Part shown: piece after piece, positions 27,135-41,124 of the stretch
Layout of the letters: each line of letters begins with the position of its first letter
How positions within the stretch are numbered: position 1 is the first letter of the stretch
Source of the DNA: Eledone cirrhosa
Lineage: Eukaryota
Direction of reading: 5' to 3'
Length of the DNA stretch: 64,000 bases
Assembly (NCBI GenBank): GCA_964016885.1
Contig: OZ024740.1
Span: forward strand, 82,956,001-83,020,000
The notes under the pieces: generated by a model
Told to the model about the DNA's origin: nothing
The model's input: the letters and a program-made list of their open reading frames with translations, nothing else
The model's database searches: none
Position numbers and translations under genes: made by a program

Positions 27135-27660
27135 GGGGGGGGGTATCATCCTTACAGAGATAGTGCTTTTCAAAATACGTGTGCTGTACCAGGAATCATT
27201 CGCATATACTGTTCTGTTCCTTTCTTGATCATTCCCAGTGCACCCACAATCACTAGTATTGTAACGGCCTTGAGGTGCCACATTTTTTCGATTTCAATAA
27301 GCCATCCTTTATATTTTCTTATCTTGTCAAATTCTGTTGCTGCGATAGTGTGATCACATGGGATGCTCATATCATATAAATAAATAGACCTTGTTATGTT
27401 GGTTTTACAATGGTATCTGGTCTATTGGCTTTTATGGTCACTTCAGTATGTACAGGAAAGTCCCAAAGAATTGTTACTTTTTCTCCTCCAGATGCAGCCT
27501 CAGAGTGATGATTGTACCACTTGTCAGCAGCTTTGATTTCATAATGCCGATATATTACCCTGTTTAGATATTGGTCAAATCTGTCATGTCTATATTTGTG
27601 CTCTACTAGGGCTAAAACTTTACATCCAGAAACTAGGTGATCCACTGCAGCCCCAACTAT
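27135..27660 (-). mobile_element. R4/Dong-like 3' fragment (RLE domain), second subfamily
   Basis: DHLVSGC...RHD...KWYNH...ILWDFPVHTEVTIKANRPD...EFDKIRKYKGW..EIEKMW..VIVGALG. Confidence 0.8.
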
Positions 27661-27699
27661 AGAGGACGTATCGGAGGTTTCTTACTGTTCTGAGCAAGT

Positions 27700-28180
27700 A
27701 CTCGTATACCTTTAGAAGTGTTCCAAAATAGGAAGCTGGACTGATGTTCTTTCACCATCCTTGAAGACTCTTAGATATTGTACCTAGCGCTCCTTGTGAC
27801 AGAACCTACTCCTTTATAATTCCCACTTTAAATCCTTGTATTGGTTAATCTTTACCTTCTCCTTTTCTTGACCTCTTGTGTCAAATGGGCAGGCTAAATC
27901 TACAATCAGGCACGATGTTTTTCCTTGTCAAAGACCACCAGGTCTGGCCTATTGTGTTCTAATTTATTGTCTGGTTCTATCCTGAAATCCCATAGCACCT
28001 TCCTTGATCAGATTCTATCAAAGACTCTGGCTTATCTCATATCACTTCTCAGAATGTGGTAAATTCCTGTGAGTCATCTTTCCTATTATATTATGCGCCC
28101 AGCCTTCATAGTGAGTCTGGGCTAGGTTTTTCCACTCGGATACGATGTGAGCCGCAGTCTCCTCTCTTCTCCCTCTCTCT

Positions 28181-28271
<91 letters not shown>

Positions 28272-28660
28272 TTATATATATATATACATTTATATATATC
28301 CCTTTCTCTCCACAGATCATACAGAGTGAGCTAGCCTCCACCTTGTCAATATGGTGTTTCACCCTCTTCGTCCTGAGGGCTTACTCTTGTGAAGAGTTAC
28401 TAACATTACTTCTATAGGATTTTTAAGTTCTCTTTTTAACCGGCTCCGTTTCTGTGTATCTCAGAATTCCGTTTTCTTATAAAGGTGCTATGAAGGGATA
28501 TTTCAGGAAGGATTTTCTTCCACCTTGTTGTTAATCCTTCCTTGACATCTTCTTGTCTGTTGTTTTTTCATTCAGTACCACTACCACTTTGAGCATCGGC
28601 TCCCTACACTCAGACACATATTTGTGCAGACTACTCTTCACCATTTGAAAACAGTATGTT
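27700..28660 (-). mobile_element. R4/Dong-like 3' fragment of the 4675-7320 family, interrupted by a compound microsatellite
   Basis: Collinear with ~4790-5650 (e.g. TGTCAAATGGGCAGGC..ACAATCAGGCACGAT, ATATGGTGTTTCACC). Confidence 0.8.
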
Positions 28661-28741
28661 CCATTGAACATTGAAATAGTATGTTCCTTACAATCCTTAT
28701 GTATTCAGACCTTATCAATTGATTCATTTTATTGTTATTAT

Positions 28742-28818
<77 letters not shown>

Positions 28819-28825
28819 ACACACA

Positions 28826-28900
<75 letters not shown>

Positions 28901-29644
28901 TAAAAGCCAATATTTACAAAATATTCCAATCTAATCCACCAATACTCCTAGCCTAGAGCAATGTTAATGGTATTCAAAAATCCATTAATATTTGTTTTTA
29001 TTCTGTTCCTTACTATATTGATTCCATCTTTAAAGATGAGCTTACACACATGCGTGTATTCACAGTAATATATTAATTATTTTATGTTTCCCTTATTCAA
29101 CTTAAAATTCGAATATCATATATGAGTTGAATCATCTATTGTACCTTGGATGCAGATATGTCATTGTAAATAATTACAACGAATACATAGTTGAATTTAG
29201 AAAGAATGTGGTATGTATTTTAGCATTATATTTGCATTCCGCCAAGCAATTCTTCTATCTACACTGACAGGAAAATATCTCCAATAATATATAATAATTC
29301 TAATAAAAGAAACTCTGTAAGTGATTGACCCTAGTGAGCATTGGATGATTCATAGTCTAAAATTGTTTCCTCAATTATCAAAATCAGTTCAACTAAATAT
29401 CAAATATATTGCTGATTATGGAGACTTTTGGGAAATGGTTGTGAATATCTTCAAAATATTCTACGTAAAGCCGTTAAAAATAAGCTTTCGTTACCTAACA
29501 TATAAATATAAATTACACAAACATAATGCACGCGATATTCAATACAACTTTCCGATATTTTTCCATCCAAATAATGACACAAGAGAATTTGTATTATTTC
29601 CTTCTATCATTTGTGTTTCCAAGGTTTTTAATATTTCATTTTAG

Positions 29645-29723
29645 CGAAAATATGGAAGCCGGTACAAAAAAGAAGCTCAGTAAAAACATTTTGGCTACGC
29701 ACCTGTTGGCACTGCACAATTTT
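29645..29723 (+). other. Possible isolated host exon (79 nt)
   Basis: TTTCATTTTAG acceptor and GTAAGT donor around a non-repetitive segment with two open frames; no recognisable protein. Confidence 0.25.
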
Positions 29724-30014
29724 GTAAGTGAAGTGATGACGTTGACATAGGAGAAAAATGGCAGCTAATACGAATGTTAAGAATATGTTATCACACATTG
29801 GGGAGTAATATATAGTATAAAAATGTGATTAATAAAAGAATTATGATGGATTCTTCAACATATCATTATTCATAGACACATTGCCTATAACAAAAACTAT
29901 AGTGAATAGCATTAAAATATCAGTACAAGGATTAATGCAATAATTATTCATTTGATTTTTTATCAATATTTTCAATTCCGTCATACAATTTACATATAAT
30001 GTTAGTTAATTGGC

Positions 30015-30212
30015 AGATGGCCAGCCATTTGAAGGAAGAGCAAAATCTATTAAATCGACCCCAGTGCTTAACTGGTACTGTATTTTCTTGATCCCTTAAA
30101 AATGAAGGGCAAAGCTAACCCTGCATGATTAGAACTCAGAACGTAAAGGGCCGTAATTCTAATCCACAAAGCTTGTTGTCCGACGCTCTACCGACACTGC
30201 CAACCCACCACC
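30015..30212 (-). mobile_element. SINE family 1, diverged
   Basis: Reverse complement of GGTGGGTTGGCAGTGTCGGTAGAGCGTCGGAC...TTTACGTTCTGAGTTC...GTACCAG. Confidence 0.75.
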
Positions 30213-30530
30213 CTGATCTTTTAATAAAGTTTGCAAAACATATTTAAAATTGCTGCTTTTGTTAACACCTATATTGACAATTATGAGCAGTCAGGTATTG
30301 CAAACCTTAACCACATACCGTGCAGTGAGAGCTTCAGGCCGATGATATTGTCAATGCATTTTTCCGAATGTTAGGCTGAGTCTGACCTATATTTTGTAGA
30401 CAATGCATAGTTTCCCTGAACAGCAAACAGGTATCTTATAAACAAGATTTTACAACATTGTTTTCTTTCGTAAAATTAGTAGGAAATACTTTTTGATGCA
30501 ATGACAGGGAACATTATTTCTGAAATTATA

Positions 30531-30720
30531 AGGGAGGTGGATTGGCAGTATCGGTAGAGGGTCGGACGCCATGTTTTCCAGCATAGTTACGTCCCTTTAC
30601 GATCTGAGTTCAAATCCCGCCGAGGTTGACTTTGCCTTTCATCCTTACGGGGTCGATAAAATAAAGTACCAGTAATGTACTGGATTATTGCTGGCATTGT
30701 GACTAAAGTAGAAACAATTA
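30531..30720 (+). mobile_element. SINE family 1, full-length, 18-bp TSD
   Basis: ATTATTTCTGAAATTATA at 30513-30530 and 30717-30734; A/B-box-like head with GAGTTCAAATCCC. Confidence 0.9.
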
Positions 30721-31608
30721 TTTCTGAAATTATAGAATTGAAGCGACGCACACATATTTTATGTTTTGGGGCAATATCAACATGTTCGCTATATAACATT
30801 CGTCTGTCTTTATAATATCACTATTGTGATTCTGTCCAGCATTTTATACAGCTAGTATACAGTATATTAGCTTAGATGCAATCCAAATGAGTAAATAAAC
30901 ACAGAAGATAAATGCAATGAAATAATATTAAATAAGGCATCTGAAATAATATTAAATAAGGCATCTGTAAATACTTTTCCTTGTTTCCAGCTCATAACAA
31001 TAAATGTTATTGCTTTCTGCATATATTATTAGATTTAATATCTATAACAAGCTCTTGCAAATATTGTTTTAAATTCTACTAACATATCCACCAAAATACA
31101 TTTGAGCTATGCAGCATCGAAGTAGAGATAATCTTTGAGAAGTATTGAAACGTGGATAACACTATAGACCAAATAGATAAATCGATGTTCAATTCTATTA
31201 GAGGTATGCTGTAATTCTCCATGAATCATATGCGACGTTATTACTAATATTATGTAGGGGACAATGAATTATAGAATGGCTTCATTGTTTGTATTATATC
31301 TCTCAATATAAGCGTCGGATATGCTACGTGGTTTGGTATGAATACATAATCAAGCAACATCGTCAAGTGATATTTTGAGACTTTAAATACGTTGGTTTGC
31401 TGATTAATTTTCCTTTCATGCAATCGTACCAAAACAACGCTAATTGAGTATGAACATATTCAGAATAAGGAATTACAAAACAATTCAAAATTAGAACTAA
31501 CCTTAATGAAATACATGATATACACAAGGACGCACACATGTACAGACGTATACTGGCAGATGCACACACAGACACCGACGCACACATGCACACACATACA
31601 CACACACC

Positions 31609-31662
<54 letters not shown>

Positions 31663-31856
31663 GATAAATCTACCAAGAGTTTACGGTAGTGTCCAATCCG
31701 TATGAAGAACTCAATGTAATCCGGATATCATGGAAAGAAGAGATGCATTCAAAAATCACTTTCGGTGAAAGATAAACGGAATACAGAGTCAAGATAAAAT
31801 ATTAAAAAAATAATGAATAAAACAATGAAACAGTTCCTTATATTAAACAAAAAAAG

Positions 31857-32009
31857 TTCATTATTTAACGATCGTTTCTAGGACATATATGTGTTAGAAT
31901 TGGTATGCATATTCAACAGATCTATGTACAAAATTATACAAAATTATACAAATTATCAAATATAATATACATACCAACACATACATATGCCGTCTTCAGA
32001 AATAATGAA
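31857..32009 (-). ncRNA. Type I hammerhead motif with long stem II (PLE-1 3' pLTR)
   Basis: TTCATTATTT-CTGAAGA-[~115 nt]-GAAA-CGATCG-TT-AAATAATGAA; base of stem II is imperfect. Confidence 0.7.
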
Positions 32010-32515
32010 ATATATTTATTGATAATAACAACAATTCAAAATTACATACGCATGTCGAATGTAAATACAAAAAGTCAGGGCTAATGTCTCTGTATGTTTA
32101 TAATCTACAGATAAAATACACATACGCATATAAACATATATAGATTCATATATACACACATATACATATATTCACACACACACGCGCATATACACATAAA
32201 CATACACATACCCACTAACATACACACACACATACACACACACACACACACATACATATATACACACATATATAATATATATACATACATACACATATAT
32301 ATATACACACACATACACACATACATATACGTATATATACACACACATACACATATCCATGTATGTATATACACATACAACCACACGATCACACAACTCA
32401 GACATACATAAATAAAGAGATATACATACACACATATACACACACATATATATATATATATAGATATATACATACACATAAACATATACACACACACACA
32501 CACACATATATACAT

Positions 32516-32583
<68 letters not shown>

Positions 32584-33441
32584 AATATAAATAAATAAAT
32601 AAATAAACACAGTCAGACAATTATGCACACATATATATATATACATACACACATCTCTACAAATATATATACACATACACACGCACACATACATATATAC
32701 ATACACACATATATATATATAGACATATATATACACACATATATATACATATATATACATACATATACATACATATATATATATATACATATATATATAC
32801 AATCATAGACACTTATTTACATGCGCACATATGTATTTTTATACTCACATACAAACACCCAAACATACATACCTACTTACATACACATACATACATCCAC
32901 GCTTACAAATAGAAATAATTATAGGGGGGGGGATTAAAATTATTAGTGGGAAATAGTAAATATAGGTTTCAAGGAACATAGAATATTAATCTGCATTTAT
33001 ATCATAATATATGTTTACATAGTAGTTTCAGTATTAGGAAATGTAAGAAAGAAGGCAAAATTATGCATTTTAATATAAGTAGACTATTAATTAAAGGTTA
33101 ACTAAATTAAAAATAGTTAATATATTGATTTCTAAGGTGTATACTACTTAGGTTTATAATATTTGAAGCGGAATTTTGAAGTTAAACAGTAGTAGAGTAT
33201 TAATTATAGCATAACTAAATTAAAATATTAACATTATGGTATCAATATTAGGAAATGAATTTAGTAATAGGGAAAACCAAATCAAGTATTTCATCGGTAG
33301 TAGAATATAAATTATAGGTTAACTAAATTAAAAATTATATATTAATTTCTATAGTATATGTTAATTAGGTTTATAATAATTAAAGCAGAATTTTGTATTT
33401 TAGCTATAGTAGAATATAATTATAGGTTAACAAAAATTAAA

Positions 33442-33482
<41 letters not shown>

Positions 33483-33949
33483 ATTGTAAAGAATATATTA
33501 ATTAGGTATATAATCAAAAATTTATCTCAGTTTATGATTACATGATATTTTGCAATCCATCTGTATTGGAATTTTAATTTTAAGCTAATTAAATTAAAAT
33601 TATAGGTTAACTAAATTAAAATTAATTTATAAATAAATTTCTAAATTGTACATTAATTAGGTTTATAATATTAAAGAATATTTCTCTGTTATTGATTACA
33701 CGATATTTTGTTATATTTCATATGTAAAGGAATTTTAATAAAAGGTTAAATAAACTAAAATTAATCTATAAATTAATTTACAAAGTATATATTAATTATG
33801 TTAATAATATTTAAAAGTTTTTCACAATTTATGATTACACAACATTTTTTAATCTCATCTGTATTAGAATTTTAATTAAATTAATTTATAGGTTAACTAC
33901 ATTTAAATTAAATTATATATTACTTTCTAAAATATATATTATTAATTAG

Positions 33950-36380
33950 GTTTATAATATTTAAATGTTTTTCTCAGTTTATGATTACACGATATAATTA
34001 ATATTCCTGTCGCTTATTTAATAGGATATCCTTAGATTTCATTATTTCAAATAGTTCTTGGGAACATAATCTACATTCATTTCTATTATTTTGATAAGGG
34101 GTGGCTCTTTTGAGCACACTCCAGGTCATATCATATTCTATGTTCTTATTTCTATAACTATTAATTTTTTCTGCTAGAGATGTTGTATTAGCCAGTGCGG
34201 CATTTTTAAAACTATGTTTGTGGGTATTAAACCTTATCTTAAAATTGTTAGAAGTAGCTCCTATATATGAGCAAATAGAATCTTTAGTTTTAACTTTACA
34301 TTTATAAACTATGTTGTTAACAAGACAATTTCCTTTTAATGGGCAGTTTGCTTTGTTTCTACAGTTACAACCTTTCGTTAATTCTGTATTTGAGGAGATA
34401 TTATGGTTAGTTTGATGTATTGGTGGTATACTTAAAGTATTTTTACATTCATATGCATTATAGGCACTTATATTTTGTTTTATGTTTTTGGTTGTTGAGT
34501 ATGAGAATTTAACTGTTGACCTATTTAAGATTTGATGGTATTTGTGGTTTGGCGGGAAGTTTTTCTCTAGGATATATAACATTTTTTTACCAATATTATC
34601 CTTAATTTGTAAATTAAATGGAGCATTATACCAAGTAACTCGTCTATTACGGTTTCTATGTTGTTTATTATTTTTATAGGTTGTATCATGATGTTTACTA
34701 GGAGGATTAATGTTAATGACCTCACCACGCACATTTTTAGTTAGATTTATTGATTTAGGTGTTTTATCGTGTTTATTAGGAGTTTTATTATTAACATTTA
34801 TTAGAGTTGTATGATGAGTAGTTTTTTGAGAGTTACTATACTTTATATTAGAGGAGTTGTTGGTATTTTGGGGTATAGTGTGGGTGGCATTTAGGTGTGT
34901 ACTTTTCATTTGGTGTTTGTTGGTAATATTAGGTTGTATGTTTATAGTATTTTTAGTAGAAGGTATATATTCTAATCTATTTTTGCGGCCACTTCTATCT
35001 AGAGCTTCGTTATAGAAGGTCGCATTTTTATCAAATACATCTTGGTTAGACGAAAGGTTAGAAATTCTAAGTGATATATTATATGCAAGGTTTTTAAGGA
35101 TAGCTTTAGGGTGATTAGATTGTGAGTGTATGTAGTGTAAGTTTTGGTTGGGTTTATGGTAAGGTTGGTAGATACCCGTAGCTAAGTCTAAAGTTATATC
35201 TAGGAAATTAACTACTTTACTTGTGTTTTCAAAAGTAATATGAAGACTATAATAGTCTTTAAGGAAAGTTCTAATAAGCTTTTTGTTTTTTTTCTATTTC
35301 TGAGAGGCTAAGGTTGTTGGAAAGAAGAAGACAGTCATCACGATATAAACCACCTTTAAGGTGGGGAAAGGAAGCATTTATGTTGAAAAGAAGAAAGAGG
35401 CCCACAAGATCAGTAATTTGGGCAGAATCGCTTGAACCCATAGTAATATCAAATAGATTACTATATGTGTTTCTGGTCCAGTATTCATTCTGAAATTCAA
35501 TAAGTGTTAGTCTAGCATGTGTAATAATATTAATGTCATCCAAAGTTAAGTTAGATCTATTTTTAGCAAATATCAAAGCTTTGTTCAGGAGTATAGGTGA
35601 TATAGAAGAATAGTAATTATCTATATCAAATTGTAGAAATGAAGCAGAAGATTTACATCTAATATTTTTAAACCAGTTAATTACCTGGGAAGTGTTTTCC
35701 CAGAGTGGTAAATTAACATGTTTTCTTATTTGTGGGATGACTCTATCCAAAATTTTTTTGCTAATTATTCCAATATCAGATTTGGAGGGACATATAAGTC
35801 TTATAGAAGGATTTGAGTTAAAGTTTGATTTATGATCTTTCAGGTTGAAGTGTGGTCTTTTCAATGCCAAAGGTTCAGTTCTATCTTCAATGTTTAGTTT
35901 TTTTACTATGTTGTGTGTTTTGTTGTTGATGTTGGTGAGTGACGCATTATTAGATTTTTTATAATTTTTCCTGAGTTCTTTATATATGAACTCATTATAA
36001 TCTTCAATATCCATGTGATACAAGTTTCCCGTTTTGTCCGAGTGAACATGGATTTTTTTAGACTTTTTTAGGTCCAATAGGGTAGATTCAAGGTCCTTTT
36101 GAAAGACAGATTTATACTTCTTAAATTTGAGGTGTTTAATTAAATTAAAAAGGTCTTTCTCAAAGTTTTCAAGTAGAGAGTTGTGTGGTGGATTTTTGTA
36201 AGTATTGAAATCATACATATATTTCCTATCTGCATATTTAGATTTTTTATCGAAGTGGTAGGCCCTCCATCTAACTCTTCTGATAAATTGGTTAGTTTTC
36301 TGTATCATAAGGAGTAAGATGTCATCCTTAGAAGGTATTGGTATATTCTTTAAAGAGGTTCCCAAGTATTGTTTTTCCAT
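33950..36380 (-). pseudogene. PLE-1 RT/GIY-YIG polyprotein, near-intact (frameshift in an A-run near 35285 and a 2-nt insertion near 34001)
   Basis: SLKNIPIP, SDKTGNLY, LQFDIDNYYSSI, ITMGSSDSAQITDLVGL, GGLYRDD, NFLDITLDL, WYNAPF, CNCR..CPL..NC, VYKC..YIGAT..FKIRF, CRLC..E. Confidence 0.92.
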
Positions 36381-36729
36381 TGTGATATGGATAATGGACA
36401 ATAGAAAGAGCTCAACTAAATGTATATGGGGTTATAAAATCATACATATATATGTATATACATAAATATAAAATTAACACACACATACAGTATAAACATA
36501 CGAATATTTCCGTGAAAATAGGAGCAAATTACGTAGATAAATCTACCAAGAGTTTACGGTAGTGTCCAATCCGTATGAAGAACTCAATGTAATCCGGATA
36601 TCATGGAAAGAAGAGATGCATTCAAAAATCACTTTCGGTGAAAGATAAACGGAATACAGAGTCAAGATAAAGTATTAAAAAAATAATCAATAAAACAATG
36701 AAACAGCTCCTTATATTAAACCAAAAAAG

Positions 36730-36882
36730 TTCATTATTTAACGATCGTTTCTAGGACATATATGTGTTAGAATTGGTATGCATATTCAACAGATCTATGT
36801 ACAAAATTATACAAAATTATACAAATTATCAAATATAATATAGATACCAACACATACATATGCCGTCTTCAGAAATAATGAA
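36730..36882 (-). ncRNA. Type I hammerhead motif (PLE-1 5' pLTR)
   Basis: Same core as 31857-32009. Confidence 0.7.
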
Positions 36883-37231
36883 ATATATTTATTGATAATA
36901 ACAACAATTCAAAATTACAGGTCTGTTTAAGAACAGAGTTCAAATTGACCAATGAAATACACAAAAATATATCAAGAAAATACAGTTAGGTGTGTGTATA
37001 TATGTAAGTAACTTCGTTCACAGATATGCATACAAATATATGTTCACATGCATACGCATGTCGAAAAAATGTATGTAAATACAAAAATTCAGGGCTAATG
37101 TCTCTGTGTGTTTATAATCTACAGATAAAATACACATACGCATATAAACATATATAGATTCATATATACACACATATACATATATTCACACACACACGCG
37201 CATATACACATAAACATACACATACCCACTA

Positions 37232-37279
<48 letters not shown>

Positions 37280-37580
37280 ACACACATACACGCACACATA
37301 CACACACACACACATAGGTATATATTATTATTATAACTATATGGATATTGAGGCGCACACATAAACACTGCCACATATATTTTTATATCCAGATGCAGAA
37401 GTGGGTAAGGGGGTCAGTAATTACTAAGGGTGTTAGAGAACTGCCTATTTATAAAATGTATCTATAAATTTAGAAATAAAAAGAAATATATAAAATAAAA
37501 ATATAAACAAGTAAAATATATACTCATACATAAAATACACACCGATATACACATATATATATATACACATACACACATAC

Positions 37581-37629
<49 letters not shown>

Positions 37630-38652
37630 CATACATAAATACATAGAGACACATACATATACATATATAAATACATAGACACACATACAAACACGCATAT
37701 ATATATACACATATATTAACAACACACATACATATATACACATATATATACACATACACACATACATATATATACATACATACATACACACACATATATA
37801 TACACACATATATACACACATATATAATATATATATATACATACACACACATATATATATACACATATATTCACAACACACATACATATATTCACATATA
37901 TGTACACACACATACACACATATATGAGATAAATTTTTAAATATATACCTAATTAATATATTCTTTACAATTAAATATATATATATATATATATATTATT
38001 TTTAATTTTTGTTAACCAATAATTATATTCTACTATAGATAAAATACAAAATCTGCTTTAATTATTATAAACCTAATTAACATATACTATAGAAATTAAT
38101 ATATAATTTTTAATTTAGTTAACCTATAATTTATATTCTACTACCGATGAAATACTTGATTTGGTTTTCCCTATTACTAAATTCATTTCCTAATATTGAT
38201 AACATAATGTTAATATTTTAATTTAGTTATGCTATAATTAATACTCTACTACTGTTTAACTTCAAAATTCCGCTTCAAATATTATAAACCTAAGTAGTAT
38301 ACACCTTAGAAATCAATATATTAACTATTTTTAATTTAGTTAACCTTTAATTAATAGTCTACTTATATTAAAATGCATAATTTTGCCTTCTTTCTTACAT
38401 TTCCTAATACTGAAACTATGTAAACATATATTATGATCTAAATGCAGAATAATATTCTAGGCTCCTTGAAACCTATATTTACTATTTCCCACTAATACTT
38501 TTAATCCCCCCCCCCCGATAATTATTTGTATTTGTAAGCGTGGATGTATGTATGTGTATGTAAGTAGGTATGTATGTTTGGGTGTTTGTATGTGAGTATA
38601 AAAATACATATGTGCGCATGTAAATAAGTGTCTATGATTGTATATATATATG

Positions 38653-38683
<31 letters not shown>

Positions 38684-38886
38684 ATGTATGTATATATATG
38701 TATATATATGTGTGTATATATATGTTTATATATATATATGTGTGTATGTATATATGTATGTGTGCGTGTGTATGTGTATATATATTTGTAGAGATGTGTG
38801 TATGTATATATATGTATGTGTGCATAATTGTCTGACTGTGTGTATTTATTTATTTAATTATATATTTTTATATATATATATATATA

Positions 38887-38955
<69 letters not shown>

Positions 38956-38992
38956 ATGTATATATGTGTGTGTGTGTGTATACATGTTTATG

Positions 38993-39029
<37 letters not shown>

Positions 39030-39171
39030 ATATGTGTGTATGTATATCTCTTTATTTATGTATGTCTGAGTTGTGTGATCATGTGGTTGTATGTGAATAT
39101 ACATACATGGATATGTGTATGTGTGTGTATATATACGTATATGTATGTGTGTATGTGGGTGTATATATATA

Positions 39172-39203
<32 letters not shown>

Positions 39204-40008
39204 GTGTGTATATATGTGTGTATATATATGTGTGTGTACATACATGTGTATATATGTATGTGTGTTGTGAACATATGTGTGTTTGTATGTGTGTCTATGT
39301 ATTTATATATGTATATGTATGTGTCTCTATGTATGTATGTATATATATATATATATATGTATGTATATATATATATGTATGTCTGTATGTGTATATATAT
39401 ATATGTGTATATCGGTGTGTATTTTAATATATGAGTATATATTTTACTTGTTTATATTTGTTTTAATATATTTCTTTTTATTTCTAAATTTATAGATACA
39501 TTTTATAAATAGGCAGTTCTCTAACACCCTTAGTAATTACTGACCCCCTTACCCACTTCTGCATCTGGATATAAAAATATATGTGGCAGTGTTTATGTGT
39601 GCGCCTCAATATCCATATAGTTATAATAATAATATATACATATGTGTGTGTGTGTGTGTGTGTATGTTAGTGGGTATGTGTATGTTTATGTGTATATGCG
39701 TGTGTGTGTGTGAATATATGTATATGTGTGTATATATGAATCTATATATGTTTATATGCGTATGTGTATTTTATCTGTAGATTATAAACATACAGAGACA
39801 TTAGCCCTGACTTTTTGTATTTACATTCGACATGCGTATGCATGTGAACATATATTTTTATGCATATCTGTGAACGAAGTTACTTACATATATACACACA
39901 CCTTACTGTATTTTCTTGATATATTTTTGTGTATTTCATTGGTCAATTTGAACTCTGTTCCCAAACAGACCTGTAATTTTGAGTTGTTGTTATTATCAAT
40001 AAATATAT

Positions 40009-40161
40009 TTCATTATTTCTGAAGACGGCATATGTATGTGTTGGTATGTATATTATATTTGATCATTTGTATAATTTTGTATAATTGTGTACATAGATCT
40101 GTTGAATATGCATACCAATTCTAACACATATATGTCCTAGAAACGATCGTTAAATAATGAA
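40009..40161 (+). ncRNA. Type I hammerhead motif (PLE-1 inverted copy)
   Basis: Same core on the plus strand. Confidence 0.7.
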
Positions 40162-40216
40162 CTTTTTTTGTTTAATATAAGGAACTGTTTCATTGTTTTA
40201 TTCATTATTTTTTAAT

Positions 40217-40280
<64 letters not shown>

Positions 40281-40282
<2 letters not shown>

Positions 40283-40451
40283 AGTTTATCCCGGTTTCAC
40301 TCCGAGGTAACCACAGTAAGTAAGGTACTCAATACAAAGCAGAGTATAACTATTCAGACTAGAAATGCTGCTACAGGACTAAAACTGTTTCATTCCGGAG
40401 ATGAAACAGTTCTAGTCCTGTAGCAGCCGTTCTACAATGAATATATATAAA

Positions 40452-40460
<9 letters not shown>
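40281..40460. repeat. Mini fold-back with one-sided extension in (TA)n
   Basis: GCTGCTACAGGACTAAAACTGTTTCAT-TCCGGAG-ATGAAACAGTTCTAGTCCTGTAGCAGC. Confidence 0.8.
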
Positions 40461-40494
<34 letters not shown>

Positions 40495-40620
40495 GTAGGA
40501 GGTGAGTTTTATTGTAGCACAATAAAGCAATGCAAATATCGGATAAGAAGCACTCTACAGTTTGTAGGACTGGAGTATACATAATATATAAGATCAAAAG
40601 ATGGTTAAAAGAGTTTCATG

Positions 40621-40691
40621 TATTTTATTATGCGCATTTCAAAAACAAATATCATCATGCAATAACATTTGTGTTTTCATCAGAGAAAATA
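40621..40691 (-). ncRNA. Minimal type I hammerhead (PLE-2 inverted copy)
   Basis: Reverse complement of the 25807/43380 motif; one stem I mismatch. Confidence 0.8.
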
Positions 40692-41124
40692 GGAAGACAT
40701 GATATGAAGGTTAAAAAACACTTGTGAATAGTGCAGTTTTAAATCAACATATGAAAAGTAGTTTTAGATTGATGTGTGATATTGGGGAAAAAAAAAATGT
40801 TGAGGGGGGTGGGGTGGAAAGGATGAAAAAGAGGAGGAGATGAGAGTAAAAAGTGGAGGGGGAGGAGTATAATGTGGAAGGATGAGTTAGGAGGAGAGAT
40901 GGGTGATAGAGAGAGATAGCTTTTATAACTGAGAAAAATATATTGTTTTACATAGAGAGGTTGAAAAACCGTTGGAAGATAATATATAAATTAAAAGAAT
41001 TTGAAAATTAACGAAGAGAAAAATAATGTTAAGTTAAGGTTTGTATATTGAAGGGTTTAATAGTATGTGCGATGAAAAGAAATTGTTTATATGTATTAAG
41101 AATAATATTTAAGGGTTTAATAAT

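Larger units (their letters stand above)
31660..40222 (-). mobile_element. Penelope-like element PLE-1: direct pLTRs (from 31660 and 36533) plus inverted 3'-UTR copy (~37925-40222), inserted in (TA)n
   Basis: RT + GIY-YIG ORF; 31660-32200 repeated from 36533; ~37925-40222 is the reverse complement of the 3' UTR/pLTR sequence; (TA)n on both flanks. Confidence 0.93.
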
